A DNA stretch of 63,417 bases, filler included, from Lenisia limosa (Eukaryota; Protista; Breviatea), in assembly GCA_001655205.1 (NCBI GenBank). It is 14 parts of 14 records of this genome, joined end to end, with 100 filler letters (N's around TTAATTAATTAA, not from the genome) between each part and the next. Parts side by side here need not be neighbours in the genome. Positions count along the whole stretch, not along the records: positions 1 to 2,439 come from LPNZ01009414.1; positions 2,540 to 8,573 come from LPNZ01003053.1; positions 8,674 to 12,561 come from LPNZ01005996.1; 11 more parts are not named here. The stretch is one strand, 5' to 3'. Below are positions 1-12,661 of this stretch, one piece after another. Within the stretch, counting starts at the first letter, position 1; each line of letters starts with the position of its first letter. The notes under the pieces are model-generated. The model was not told the origin of the DNA. It worked only from the letters and a program-made list of their open reading frames with translations, and ran no database searches. Both the position numbers and the translations under genes were made by a program.

Positions 1-69
1 AACGAAAGAATTCTGCAAAACTGTTTACACCGTGAAAAGTTCTTTTGTATAGTCTAATAATCTAGCCTA

Positions 70-1250
70 CCCCCCGGAGGAGCTGGCGGAAGGACCGAAA
101 TGTACCCCGCCATCAACAGACAACGATACTGGTGAGGTGGCAGATGCTTGCACTGGATACTTGCAGATTACCTGGGGCTTTTAGATGTGGCGCTTCCCTC
201 TAGTCCGGAAATAGACCACATATCAAGGCAGTCAGACTTGCTTGACTGGGTATGTTGTTTACAGTCTCTATTCATATCTTTAGAAAGACCCACCAAATTG
301 AGCTCGAAATTGACATCGTTTGCAGGTATATCATAATGTGACCCATCCGTTTGCTCAAACCTAGAGGATGAATGTGTTGAAATGACAGCACTACTTTTTT
401 ATTATTGAAATCACCAAAATACCCCCTTCGACCCCCTTGCGAAGTTAGATCATACAATCAGTAAGATATATCAATACGTTGTATCATAATGTAGTTATCA
501 TAAATATAAATGGACAATATAATAATCCACGATACCTGCAAATGTAGAACTCAGGCGACATCTTTGGCATAATGGACGGGTACAACACATGCGGCTCATC
601 AACAACACGCACCCCGGACACAGCAAGTAGAGCTGGTAAATAAGGACACAACAAGTAGAGGCTGGTAAATAAGGGAAGATATGTATTTCGGTTGCTAATC
701 AGAGTACTGTCAATTGATAGCTAATTTTTAAAATCAAGTACCCATGAAAACAAAATCTCCATGAAACAGGGGTGATAGACACAGTACCTGTATCGAGTGT
801 TGTTATAAGACCATTTAGTAGAATAGGAGAAGTAAGAATTATATTTATCAAAGAAATCAAAATCATAGAAGAGTACATATAAGGCTTGAGCATGGCTCTC
901 CAAACCCCAAATCAATTCAATTTCAAATCACAAATGAGATAGACAAACTGATGTCCAATGAAACCATTTTGGCACCAACCTGGTACAAGTCCTTCCTGGG
1001 CATATCCGAAACTAAAAAGGTCAATAAAATGACAACTGAGGATATAAAATGTGTTCGAAAAAAAAGCCCGTAAGCACACCTCGAAACTTCCAGCGAGTCT
1101 ACTTTTAGAGTATCCACAGCAAGGTGATCAGAGAACCTGGAGTATGACAATGGACTATGACAGCATGAGGGAAGTGGAACAAAAACGCACAACGATAGAT
1201 CGTACACCATGGAGAGCCTACACTTGCACAGATGCCGTGTTAGCCAGAGC
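70..1250 (-). CDS. Possible multi-exon gene fragment, product unidentified
   Basis: Several short open minus-strand segments, some with AG/GT borders (e.g. FSDHLAVDTLKVDSLEVS; VSGVRVVDEPHVLYPSIMPK; CKYPVQASATSPVSLSVDGGVHFGPS). No family recognised and the phases were not fully reconciled. Confidence 0.25.
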
Positions 1251-1898
1251 ACTGGTTATTAATAAAAGTGCTATAGTGAGGGAGATAAGGTCGAGAAAAG
1301 GCATCATAGGACCTGTACGACTTTTTTCCTTGTGTTTTTGGAATAATATATTTATACTGTATTATTATTTATACACTTATACAGTGTATTATCTTCTTCT
1401 CGTTTATCTCCTGCGGATGTTGTTTGCAAAAATGCAAAATGCAAAATGGGCTTTTCCGTAAGACCATGGGGGAGTAGAAGGTTATATCATACCTGTAAAG
1501 ATAGTCCGTCCCGGATAACCTCTAATTTCGTACTGCGCGTTAGCGCAAAATATGGCGTGACGTCACTATGGCTCGGATTCGCGGACTATTTAATTTGCTT
1601 TTTTGTGGTTTCAGCTCCTCTTTTAATCTTTTAAAGCTTTCTGTTATTGTTAATTTATCATTAAATTGATAAATTGATAAATTGAGGGCGAAGTATTACA
1701 ATGACTCGCAACATACAGCAGACTCTTTTCGCTATTCTGCTTCTTGGTTTGTTGGCTGTTGGGCTGTTGGTCTATTGGATTCATGTTGTGTGATTATGAT
1801 TTTTAAAAATTCAGGACAAATGCGAGGAATGTTATGAGTTATAATTCTGCTTTTGATAGGCATCCCATCCTTCCTCTCACACCCAAGCATGTACTGCA

Positions 1899-2037
1899 AT
1901 GGCTGAAGAAGAAAACCAAGATGTGAATGTCTCTGGAATTATTTCCCTGGTAGTCTTCTACCTGATGATTGTTGGCGTTGGACTCTGGGCCGCCAGAAAG
2001 GCTGCTGGTGTGGACACTGAGAACGTTCTTCTCGCCG
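1899..2037 (+). CDS. First exon of a sodium:solute symporter, high-affinity choline transporter (SLC5A7/CHT1)-like
   Basis: [46 protein letters not shown](G), then donor GTATGG. This matches the CHT1 N-terminal pattern (G-x-I-x-x-x-x-FYxxIxxVGxWAA...xxLxGR). The rest is lost at the scaffold end. Confidence 0.72.
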
Positions 2038-2439
2038 GTATGGAGGAAGGCGTAAATAGCCTTTTGGTCTTACATTGATTAAAGAGCTCTTTCCAATTAA
2101 TAAATAGATTAAAAATAAAATTATTGGCCAATTAGTTGGCAATTAATTTAGATGTTCTCAATTGATATAAATTAATTTGTTAACTATTTCGCAATTAATT
2201 TAAATTAATCGGTACATTAATTGCCTTTCAATTGATTTCTTCATCATCTCTCTGCATACTAAATTATTCATCCATATTACTCATTGGGAAAACTGAAGAA
2301 AATTGAGCAATAGTTTCTTATATATGCATATATGGGTCCTCAAAGCTCCGGACATCATTCAAAACTCCCGGACAGCTTGGACACCTTGTATAGGCCATTG
2401 CTAGTGTTTTTTGAAAAAATGCTTCGACAGATACATAGA

Positions 2440-2539
2440 NNNNNNNNNNNNNNNNNNNNNNNNNNNNNNNNNNNNNNNNNNNNTTAATTAATTAANNNNN
2501 NNNNNNNNNNNNNNNNNNNNNNNNNNNNNNNNNNNNNNN
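2440..2539. other. Artificial scaffold-joining linker (N44-TTAATTAATTAA-N44); first of 13
   Basis: Identical 100-bp spacer with stops in all six frames. Other copies: 8574-8673, 12562-12661, 13673-13772, 18443-18542, 21872-21971, 23562-23661, 25375-25474, 27981-28080, 34975-35074, 42575-42674, 47504-47603, 59703-59802. Confidence 0.97.
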
Positions 2540-3044
2540 TTGTGTTATTGTGTTGGTGAGGTATTTTATTGACACGGGGTGTTAATATGGTCACTATATA
2601 TATTATCTCTACTGTATCATATCAAGGGGATTATATATAATATATTATAACAGTGATCGGGATAGTCTTGTCCTTTTTGCTATGGGATATTCCAAGGAAA
2701 ATAGACTTAGACTCCTGGTCACTGTATATCATATTCTAACTTGTACTGCTTGCAGATTTCTCCGCTCACTTACCCTATAGGTGTTTGACAAACATGGCAG
2801 TTGAAGTGGAGGAAGAGAAGGTTTGGTAATGATGATACTGTGGAGGAAGAGTAGTCTCANNNNNNNNNNNNNNNNNNNNNNNNNNNNNNNNNNNNNNNNN
2901 NNNNNNNNNNNNNNNNNNNNNNNNNNNNNNNNNNNNNNNNNNNNNNNNNNNNNNNNNNNNNNNNNNNNNNNNNNNNNNNNNNNNNNNNNNNNNNNNNNNN
3001 NNNNNNNNNNNNNNNCAAACCACCATTTCCCCCCTATTTTCCAG

Positions 3045-6000
3045 GTAAATTGACGGTGTAGTGTGACGCGGCTCTCAAGCCCGACTCATCTCGAAACTGT
3101 AACCTTGGCCAATGCGGTACGTTGGACTTTGTTTTTTGAGTAAAATTCATGTTTCAATCTTTTTGCAGTACAACTTAAAAAACAGAATTTCTTCATCTAA
3201 TAAAAATATGAAATAGGTGTTTTCATTGTATATTCACCCCACCCCATGATCTTGTTTTTTATTGTTTGATTTTTTGGAGTGTCAGATTATTCGGTTGATA
3301 AATAGTAACTTTCCGCCAATATTTTTCATCGAAATATCCTTCGTTTTCATCCCCCCCCCCCCCNNNNNNNNNNNNNNNNNNNNNNNNNNNNNNNNNNNNN
3401 NNNNNNNNNNNNNNNNNNNNNNNNNNNNNNNNNNNNNNNNNNNNNNNNNNNNNNNNNNNNNNNNNNNNNNNNNNNNNNNNNNNGACTGCGGGCCAGGCAC
3501 CAGCACGCGCGTGGTGGCTTGCAAGGACCAAACCGGCAAGGAGGTGGGAAGGGAGTAAGTTGTCTCTGTTTTTTGTTTCATAAATGTTCACCGTTTCATA
3601 TGTTCGTGTTATGTACCTTTACGCCACTATTCTTCATCGAAAATTCCCACATTGTACTTCCCCTCACCTCCCCCCCTCCCCCCGCATCATATCCCCTTCA
3701 TCTCACCAGGTCGCCCCATCCAACTGCGTTTCAACTGAGCCAAAACCCGAATCCAGCAAGTCCTGCAACCTGGGGGCTTGTGGTGGGAGGGGGGCAATAT
3801 GAGTGGTTTTGGCAGATGTAGGGATTTCCTACGCTCCCAAAAAAGATTGAATTTCTTGATGAATCCTCGATAAATATCGATATTTTACCGGTCTTTTTCG
3901 GACCGTAGGGAACCGCTAATCATGTGTGGGAGGAGGATATCATGTGTTCTGGTTGCAATGAGAGTGAATCAAGTCTTAANNNNNNNNNNNNNNNNNNNNN
4001 NNNNNNNNNNNNNNNNNNNNNNNNNNNNNNNNNNNNNNNNNNNNNNNNNNNNNNNNNNNNNNNNNNNNNNNNNNNNNNNNNNNNNNNNNNNNNNNNNNNN
4101 NNNNNNNNNNNNNNNNNNNNNNNNNNNNNNNNNNNNNNNNNNNNNNNNNNNNNNNNNNNNNNCTTTGTTTGTTTTTGTTTCTTAATTTTCTGTTATTCAC
4201 TCCATTCCAGTGACTTACGAGTGGGAGACTGGTCCATGGAGCGCGTGTGGAGCCTCGTGTGGCCCTGGCGTGCAGACACGCGAAGTCGTTTGTAAGACCG
4301 ACCAAGGGCAAACCGTGGGGGTGGTGGGGATAATTGTTATATGATAAGTGTATTTTTGGATCTCGTAAAAAATCATGTATGTGGATATTGTCACGTACTA
4401 GCAACCCTACCCACCAATAACGTCCTCTACTTACCTCCATGCACACCATCAAACACACCAAATAACCCGCAATAGGAGGTAACCGATCCCCTTTATTGTT
4501 TGCAGTAAAGTCTCTATTGAAACTAGGATCATAGAGATTTATTGAAACTAGGATTATAGAGATATATTGAAACTAGGATCATAGAGATATATTGAAACTA
4601 GGATCATAGAGATATATTGAAACTAGGATCATAGAGATCCAGCGGTTGACTACACAAAGAAACATCCATAGAAAACGACAGAAACAGGAGGACTTCATGA
4701 ACATACTAGATGAATCGGTTACCTCCATAATACCACCAATGACACCGCTCCGCCTCACACTCAAAATAACCCTACCATAGGTAACAGACAGCCATTGTGA
4801 CCGAAATACCATGCCCGAGAGCTCACAGAACTGCAATAATGGCGAATGCGGTGGGGTATAGGGTATAATGTAGTTCTTGGAGGGATGGGGGAGGGTATAT
4901 GGGGAAAGGGGCGTCTTTACCAAATGCACAGTCACGTAAACTTTCGAGGTGTTGTATTGGTAACTTATTGCCTCGTTTATTTTTTGCTTTATAGTATGTT
5001 TCTTAGTTTCTTATGTGCACCCTACCCCAACACTAATATACTCTACTATACATAGTCATATGTATATTGTAGTCTTTTTCATTGCACAGTCACGTACACT
5101 TTCGAGGTGTCGGACTGGGGACCGTGCACCCCAGATTGCGGCGACTCTACGAAGGAGCGTGATGTCAAATGCAAGGCCAGTACCGGGCAAGTGCGGGGGG
5201 CGAACATATAATATTACATTATTTTTAAAATAATAAATAAAAAGGGGGGCTTATAAGCAATTATGTATTATCATACCAAAATTCCAAGGGATTTCAATGT
5301 AAAATATGGATATTCCAACGTTTTTACAAGATTTCGAGGTCGATGCACCGTCTAAAAAAAAGGGGGGGTATTTGCAATTATGTCTTATCAAAACAATTGG
5401 GGGTTTCGAAAGGAAATGTGTTGGGGTATAAGCGGTGGAGGGTCTACAATTACATCTCCTTTTCGTACAACACCTTACCCATAATTTTAACTGTAATTGT
5501 TTAGTACGTTACCCTCAGCAAATGCACTGGTGAAGTCCCTGAGACCGAAGAAATTTGCGACTTACCCCCATGCGGTGAGGGGGGAGGGGGGTCACTATTT
5601 CCTTAGCCTGATGATGTGAGCGATTTCTTTCTGTCTCATTTATACGCTGCAAAATGTTCCACTGCAAGGTCTTCTCTAATTTCCTGTTAGCAACATACCA
5701 CTGGAAGGCCGGAGAATGGGGCGGCTGCAGCAAGACATGTGGTGATGGTACCAAAACAAGGACTGTTCGGGGGGAGGGGTGGCCGCTTTTGGTTCAAAAC
5801 AATTTGACTTGAATATATTTCTGGTGAAAATTGAGTGGAAGGAATTGAACTGAACTGTAAGCCGTATTGTTTTAACAAAACAAAGAGTATTTTTCTTGTT
5901 TTGTTTTAGCATCTTTTATCTCTTAACCCTTTTAGCTTGAGTGTCTCAACCACAACAACATCCGTGTCGGTGAGAGGGATAGAGAAATGTGGTTATAATT

Positions 6001-8573
6001 AGTGGTGGCTATTATCATTTTTAATCATCGCAATAACCTGGGGTATTAGTTTGATCTCATCTCCTTTACATCAATATATTTCTTCTACGTTTCCATCTTA
6101 CGCCATAGACGACAGCAACTGTGAAGGAGCCGTGAAGCCAAAAACATCTGAAGCATGTAACCTTGGTGACTGCTGTGAGGGGTACGGTTTTAGCGTTGGC
6201 TCGTGTTTCTTCTTACCTGTTTTTTGTATTGTGTTTGGGGTTTCAGATTATTTGGTTCGTGATCACTACCAATAATTGGCAATTTTTGTTCCAATTATAC
6301 CCAAACCCCCGAAAAACACAATAAAAGGTATAATCTTTAACCTACCTTTTCCCAATCACCCTCTTTTTTTCTAATCCATAAGGCTTCCCTACTGTCCCAA
6401 AAAAGACCGAATTTCCCGAAAAATCCTCGAGAAATATCGACATTTTCACGGTCTTTTTCGGACCTTAGAAAAGCCCTGTTAATACCCCTCCCCCCAGTAA
6501 CGTACCATTGGAAGGCGGGCGAGTGGAGCAAGTGCAGCCCTTCGTGCGGGGTGGGCGTGAAGGTCCGGTCCGTGTTCTGCAATGACCAAGTTAGGGGGGG
6601 GGGAGGGGTTAATATCCATGGGTGGGTTGTTGTATTAATTATATCTTCATAAGGGAGAGATAAGATTGCAATCAAGCCAAAAGAGTTAATTTATAAATTT
6701 TCCAATTATACCACCACCCAGACAGCAACAATACCTCCATATAACCCCACAGGACAACAATCAGGTTGACCATGCTGAATGTGAAGGATTACCGAACAAG
6801 CCCGGAACGGAGGAGGCCTGTACTTTGGGACCCTGCGGTGGGAGTATGGAGAAGGGATATAGGAAACGGCATATTACGAAAAGAATGTTGAGAAGTAGGA
6901 CTTCACTTCGGTTCGAATAATACCGTTAAAATATCGATATTTTTCCAGGATTTTTTTTTTTGAACCGAAGTGAAGCCCTGAGTTGAAGAAAAAGAAGGTT
7001 GAAAGTACCTTTAGAGGTTTTTAATTGTATCGTTAGATTATCAAATGTTCAGCCAACCTTTGGTGTATATTCTCTATATCACCCGTGATTAGTATTTAGG
7101 CTTTTTCATCGAAATTTCCTTCGTTTTACTCCCTCCCCCAGTCAACTACTCATGGAAGACTTCAAACTGGTCCCCCTGCAGCACCAAGTGCGGCCCTGGA
7201 ACCCAGACGAGAACGGTAGGTTGTTACTAGGGCTTCACTTCGATTGGAAAAAAGACTGAAATTCTTTATAATTCCTTGAAAGCTATCGATATTTTACCGG
7301 TATTTTTCGAACCGAATTGAAGCCCTAGTTGTGGCAAATGTTAACCCATGTCCACTATTGATTTGACCACAGCTGACTTCGAGAGGAATACTAAATAGAA
7401 GGCAAACTAAAATTATTAGATTATAAGTATGAAATAACTGATATTTTTAAGAAATAAAAGGACCGAAACGACGCAGGGATAACACCAATATGAAAACTTT
7501 TGTTAACCCTTTTAATAATTTTGTTCGTAATAACCACTTTTTTGACACTTTAAATGCAAAATTGAGCTCAAACCCAAACTGTGACATTACAAATATAAAA
7601 ACCACTAACCCTCCAGGTGTCTTGTGAAGACAGTAACGGAGAGCAAGTAGAACTCGCCCTGTGCAATGGGGGCAAACCAGCAGCGACGTATGACTGCAAT
7701 CTTGGCGCCTGTGGTTTGTGGGATGGGGGTGGACGGTTCGGTCCGCACTTATTATACAAGTCCGCACTATTTTGTTCATTATTTTTCATCGTAATATGTC
7801 TGATTAAATTGCAGCTCCCTCCACACCTTCCAATTTCTTAAATGGCCTTAACATCATTATCACTTACATGTATATTGAAAGAAATTGTAGCGTCCTCGTA
7901 ACTACCCATGTAGTGACCTACCATTGGACCGTTTCACAGTGGTCCGAACCCGAGGAAGAGTGTGGAGAAGGTGTACAGACCCGTGTGGTATGGGGGGGTG
8001 ATAATTATGTATATTATTTGTATATACAATATCGGGATGATTATTGACCTATTTTCTTTGGGAAATCACATAGCAAATCGGTCAAAACTTATCCCAGTTA
8101 CTTCATATATACATACTATATAGAGATGAGAAATACTTTTCGGTGGTACCGTGTCGAAGTCATCAACATCTTCGCGCATATAAGCCGAATACAATTACTT
8201 CAAAAACCATTAAGTAATCCTCCCAAGTTATACTGAGCATACCACTCAGGTTGAATGTAGAGATAGTACCGGGCAGTTACCAACAGACGACAACTGTCAT
8301 CGTTACATAATCACGTACCATGTTTCCCCCATTATGCCAAAGGATTCACTCCGGTTCGAAAAAGACCAGTAAAATATCGGTAGTTTTCGAGGATTTATCG
8401 AGAAATTCAGTCTTTTCGAGTCGAAGTTTAGCCCTAATACACCCCTCAAATATAGACGTTAACATAACCCCCCTCCCCCAGGTGGAGTGCAGAGACAGTG
8501 CCGGAGAGTTGTCAACAGACGAGAACTGTCTGGAAGTTGAAGGAGACAAGCCTGCGACGGAGAAAGAATACAA
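3045..8573 (+). CDS. Secreted/extracellular protein with about 8 tandem ADAMTS-type thrombospondin-1 repeats (partial at both ends)
   Basis: About 15 exons encoding WxxxxWxxCxxxCGxGxxxRxVxC and CxxxxKPxxxxxCNLGxC, e.g. TYEWETGPWSACGASCGPGVQTREVVC (~4211-4317), TYHWKAGEWSKCSPSCGVGVKVRSVFC (~6498-6588), VSCEDSNGEQVELALCNGGKPAATYDCNLGAC (~7616-7712). GT-AG borders throughout. Confidence 0.9.
4514..4638. repeat. 25-bp tandem repeat x5 (TATTGAAACTAGGATCATAGAGATA)
   Basis: Directly visible; lies in an intron of the TSP1 gene. Confidence 0.9.
7098..7141 (+). repeat. Intron-end repeat family B (TTTTTCATCGAAATTTCCTTCGTTTTACTCCC...AG)
   Basis: Similar copies at 3310-3363, 3618-3670, 10058-10092(-) and 23098-23160, mostly just upstream of acceptors. 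Confidence 0.7.
7228..7327. mobile_element. ~100-bp MITE, hAT-like (TIR TAGGGCTTCACTTCGGTTCGAAAAA); type copy of about 13
   Basis: Long imperfect TIRs; flanks gttgttac/gttgtggc resemble an 8-bp TSD. Other copies: 3819-3918, 6379-6478, 6896-6980, 8340-8436, 8953-9050, 20151-20235, 20618-20715, 21019-21117, 21212-21310, 48019-48137 (truncated), 51721-51797, 57172-57259 (flanks gttacaat/gtaacaat). Confidence 0.8.
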
Positions 8574-8691
8574 NNNNNNNNNNNNNNNNNNNNNNNNNNN
8601 NNNNNNNNNNNNNNNNNTTAATTAATTAANNNNNNNNNNNNNNNNNNNNNNNNNNNNNNNNNNNNNNNNNNNNTGTTTTACTCTCCCCCAG

Positions 8692-9601
8692 TCTCTCTTT
8701 TGCCGTCGGTAACCAGGAGGTGAAGAGCTTCCGCATGATTGAGCGCCATTACTTTGGGGATAAACTCATTAAGAGCTTCGACTTCGACCTCGGCTTTTGC
8801 ATCCCAAACTCTTCGAACAAGTGGGGGGTAAACACAGGGATTCATCCCAAACTCTTCGAACAAGGGCATTAAATATCCTAGCTCTTCAACTATGATCAAA
8901 TGGTTGTGGGGGGAGGGGCGTTTGGATTCAAATCGCTTTGGTGGTATATATATAGGGCTTCCCTACGTCCCAAAATATCGATATTTATCGAGGATTTATC
9001 GAGGATTTATCGAGAAATTTAGTCTTTTTTGGGACCGTAGGGAAGCCCTAATGGTATATGGGAACCGTTTAATATGCCATTGTCGTGTCACTGACATTTT
9101 TCAGTTTGGAGGCCATTTACGAAGTGCCGAAAATGTCTTCATCAATGAGTTGGGGAAGGGGGGTAATAACCAATGAATGTATGTTGTGTCCGAATATTGA
9201 GAATATTGTGAAGTACATATACTTGATTAAGATGAGGGAAAAGATGGATTATCTAAATATAGCGTTTTTCATTAGATGGACAATTTGACATAAAGGGGGA
9301 GTTTTAATTTTACAAGAGAACTGAGGTGTGAATTGAGTTGTTGAAGCGATTGGTATCATGATTTTGTTTGACAATGTAGAAAGAGACATGGTTCTGAGAC
9401 CCTACAATACCAGGAGTGACAGCTTCTACTTTGTGAACGATACTCTTATCATGTGGGGGGGAGCGAGGTCACTCTTATGTCATTTGGTTCGACACGTATG
9501 TACGTCAAGGTGTCAAGGGTAGGTCACCTACCAAACTATCATGTAGATTTTGATTCTCAAGGCACCACAAAGCGGAATATGCTTACTCGAAGGAGGAGTA
9601 A
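8692..9601 (+). CDS. UNC119: UNC-119 family lipid-binding ciliary trafficking chaperone (5' partial, 4 exons)
   Basis: Spliced product [94 protein letters not shown]. It carries the hallmark [19 protein letters not shown] and SDSFYFV motifs. Confidence 0.92.
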
Positions 9602-9826
9602 AAACGATGATGTGTGTCAAACCTGTTTCTTTTGTTTTTGTGTACGGTTTTTTTGGAAGTTTTGTGCACTTTTATTGCACTTAATGTATTTATTATCTAT
9701 AATGAGTGGACGGCTTCGGCCAGACACCTATTTTCATTTCATCCATTCAAGTAAAAAGGCTATAGGTTTTGAAGAACAACTCCACCATTTGAGACATATG
9801 ATAATAATAAATAACAGGGTAACGAA

Positions 9827-12400
9827 CTACCAGTGGTTGTGGGCGTCCATGCGGATGTAAAGCTCAACCTTGACCTTGCCGTTCTTGGAGGTGACGGTCA
9901 GGGGGTGGTTTTTGGTCTAAAAGAGATGGTCAGCTGTGAAAATCGCCAAGAAGAGTAGGCATCATTGAAAACTGTCCCCGCTCTTCTGACTCGNNNNNNN
10001 NNNNNNNNNNNNNNNNNNNNNNNNNNNNNNNNNNNNNNNNNNNNNNGGGAAGGGGGAAGAGAACAAAGAAGGAATTGTCGATGAAGAAAATTAGTATAAA
10101 GGTACAACTCAGGAAACAAATATTCTGAAACTTCAAATAAAAAGCAATAATAAGTCCATCATGAGTAAGTAACCCTCCTCTGATCGAAGAAATGAGAAAT
10201 CCGAAAATACTTGAATTCATGCTCTAAATAAAGAATGATTTCGATAAATAATCGATCAACATCCATATGGAACCGAAATGAATCCCTAATAACACGCCAT
10301 GCCCCACTTGTTGAGGAGATCGTACTCAACAGTCTTGAAAGTGAACTTGAAATCATCACCTTCCTTGAGGACGGAGGAGTACATCACTGCAAATGGTCAA
10401 AAAAGGTTTATTATCTGGAAAGGAGATTAAGAGGAGATGTTATGCTGAAACTTTCAACATGAAAGGATACAAACGCACAACAAAATATTCTAAGGTCTTG
10501 GAAAATCCTATCACACGACTGTTTTACCCCAATAAATCATGTTTGCCCCACTTCACGACCCCCTCATACGGACGTGGGGATCGAGGACGAGATCAGAGTC
10601 CTTACGCATGGGGATGTAGCCGCGGGAGGGGAAGCGGCAAATTCTATGGTGTCAATTTGAATCGCATGACTGAATGAATTATCACACCAAGGCACAAACT
10701 GTTTCCACGAATTATCACAGAACACACAAGCTGTTTCACCAGATCTAAAACCGAATCCTTGAACGAAAAGACAGAAAATGACTTGTAAACTGGCTAGTTG
10801 ATGCAAGAATCTCACTTACTCCTTGTTGTTGATCATGCCGAACTCTCCAGCGCGGAAATACCATTGTCCCTTGTCACCAGCATCACCAGATGTCTAACGA
10901 TCATTAGAAGGAGAGAAGGTACCAAGGGGGGCTCAGGAAGACAAGAAAAGTGTCAGTTAAAAAAATAAAAAACAACATTTTGAAACCTTTTCTCAGTTTC
11001 ATTAAATTCTCACAACACAAGACCTACCTGGGTGGAAACGTACTTCATAAAACACTATAACGTTAGAGAAAAAAACTAAATGGGGAATCACAAACTTGGC
11101 AAAGGTACTTCATGATGATGAACTCTTTCTCTCTTTTTCAAGCACAGGATTGGGGATGGGGAAAAAAAGGAAAAAATCAGTAAAAATACTCAAAAATCAT
11201 GGGGTTTCATACAATCAGCGATATGACCGTTTTCCTTTTGTTTTGCTCTATTCATTGTCTATTCAGGCTCTATTTCACAACTATTTCAACTCTATGTTGC
11301 TCTATTTATACTGTATGAATCTATTTATTGCAGATTTATTGCAGATTTGTTGCTCTATCTTGCAAACGGAAAACAAAAATAAGGTAATTGTAATGTCTGA
11401 CCTTTCCATGATGTCGGAATACATATCCTACATTCCTATAAAGTGCAAATTACAAAATAAATATATTAACAGAATATTAAAATAATAACAGGTTTGTTTA
11501 GGTTTAGGCTTCAACATTGACAATAACCTAAAAAAATAATATAAAAACAACTGTGCAAAGCATCGACTGAATATCGAGAGATTCAAAATAATCTTGGCTT
11601 CAATAAAACAAATGCACAAATACCCATGATAAGGAGTTTATGGGTTTTGGAGACAGTTATTAGCGGCACCAGGGTCCCAGCAAACCGTCGTCCGATACGA
11701 AGCAACATCCAAGATCTTCTTGGGGGCGGCATTCATAACCATGTACACCTGGGAATGGTCAATTTTGGTACAATAAAAACATAAAGAGGATTCATTGAGA
11801 ATAACACTTTTACACAGCAGCAGGGGTGGGGCGGAAATTGGAAAATTTATGAAACAAAAAAAAAGCCCAAATCAANNNNNNNNNNNNNNNNNNNNNNNNN
11901 NNNNNNNNNNNNNNNNNNNNNNNNNNNNNNNNNNNNNNNNNNNNNNNNNNNNNNNNNNNNCAAAAATTGGAAAATTTTGTACAAAAAATGTCCAAATCAG
12001 CTCTGTTGTCATACCTGTCCGACGTTGGCAGAGCTTTGGCAAACAGATTTGCCGAAATTGGTTTGCTGCGTAAAGCCGAAGATCTTACCTTGATCGCATT
12101 CTACAAGAGGAAGATGAGAGAGACTATATTATATATTGAGTTACATGTATGTCATCATCATTGTTACGCTCCAGAGTAAACCTGATCCCAGGATAGACCA
12201 TCTCAACCATAGAACACACTCTAATCTCAACCATGGAACACACTCTAATCTCAACCATGGAACAAATACAACCCTTATCCCACCACCACCTATAAAGGAG
12301 ATTAACCCTAACCCTTTACCCCTCCCTTTAGCCCACCGGTGCCGCCAAAGTAGAGGGCTGCATCTTGGGACTTCCAAAAAGTCCGGGCTTTTCCTCCTGC
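9827..12400 (-). CDS. Uncharacterised multi-exon protein (at least 7 exons), convergent with UNC119
   Basis: Mostly phase-compatible GT-AG exons: GGKARTFWKSQDAALYFGGT / ECDQGKIFGFTQQTNFGKSVCQSSANVGQ / VYMVMNAAPKKILDVASYRTT / TSGDAGDKGQWYFRAGEFGMINNK / ICRFPSRGYIPM / LMYSSVLKEGDDFKFTFKTVEYDLLNKWGM / TKNHPLTVTSKNGKVKVELYIRMDAHNHW*. Confidence 0.65.
12201..12264. repeat. 24-bp tandem repeat x~2.7
   Basis: Unit TCTCAACCATRGAACACACTCTAA, intronic. Confidence 0.85.
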
Positions 12401-12661
12401 AATATTCAGAACAGTGAGGTTCAGTCTCTATTGAAATTATGATCATGAAGAGCCAGCGGAATCAACAAGTGGTACACACAAAGAGAGTGGGAATAAAGAG
12501 AAACGGAAATTTTTTTCTAAGAATTCAAGTTTCAAGTTTCACACGCATGATCACCTTAATTNNNNNNNNNNNNNNNNNNNNNNNNNNNNNNNNNNNNNNN
12601 NNNNNTTAATTAATTAANNNNNNNNNNNNNNNNNNNNNNNNNNNNNNNNNNNNNNNNNNNN

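Noticed and set aside
2775-4461. Long ORFs in the supplied track containing runs of X
   Set aside because: They are open only because they cross N gaps; the real coding parts are short exons.
4514-4638. CRISPR-like array (25-bp repeats); likewise 27897-27980 and 48144-48239
   Set aside because: The repeats are head-to-tail with no unique spacers, there are no cas genes, and the context is eukaryotic.
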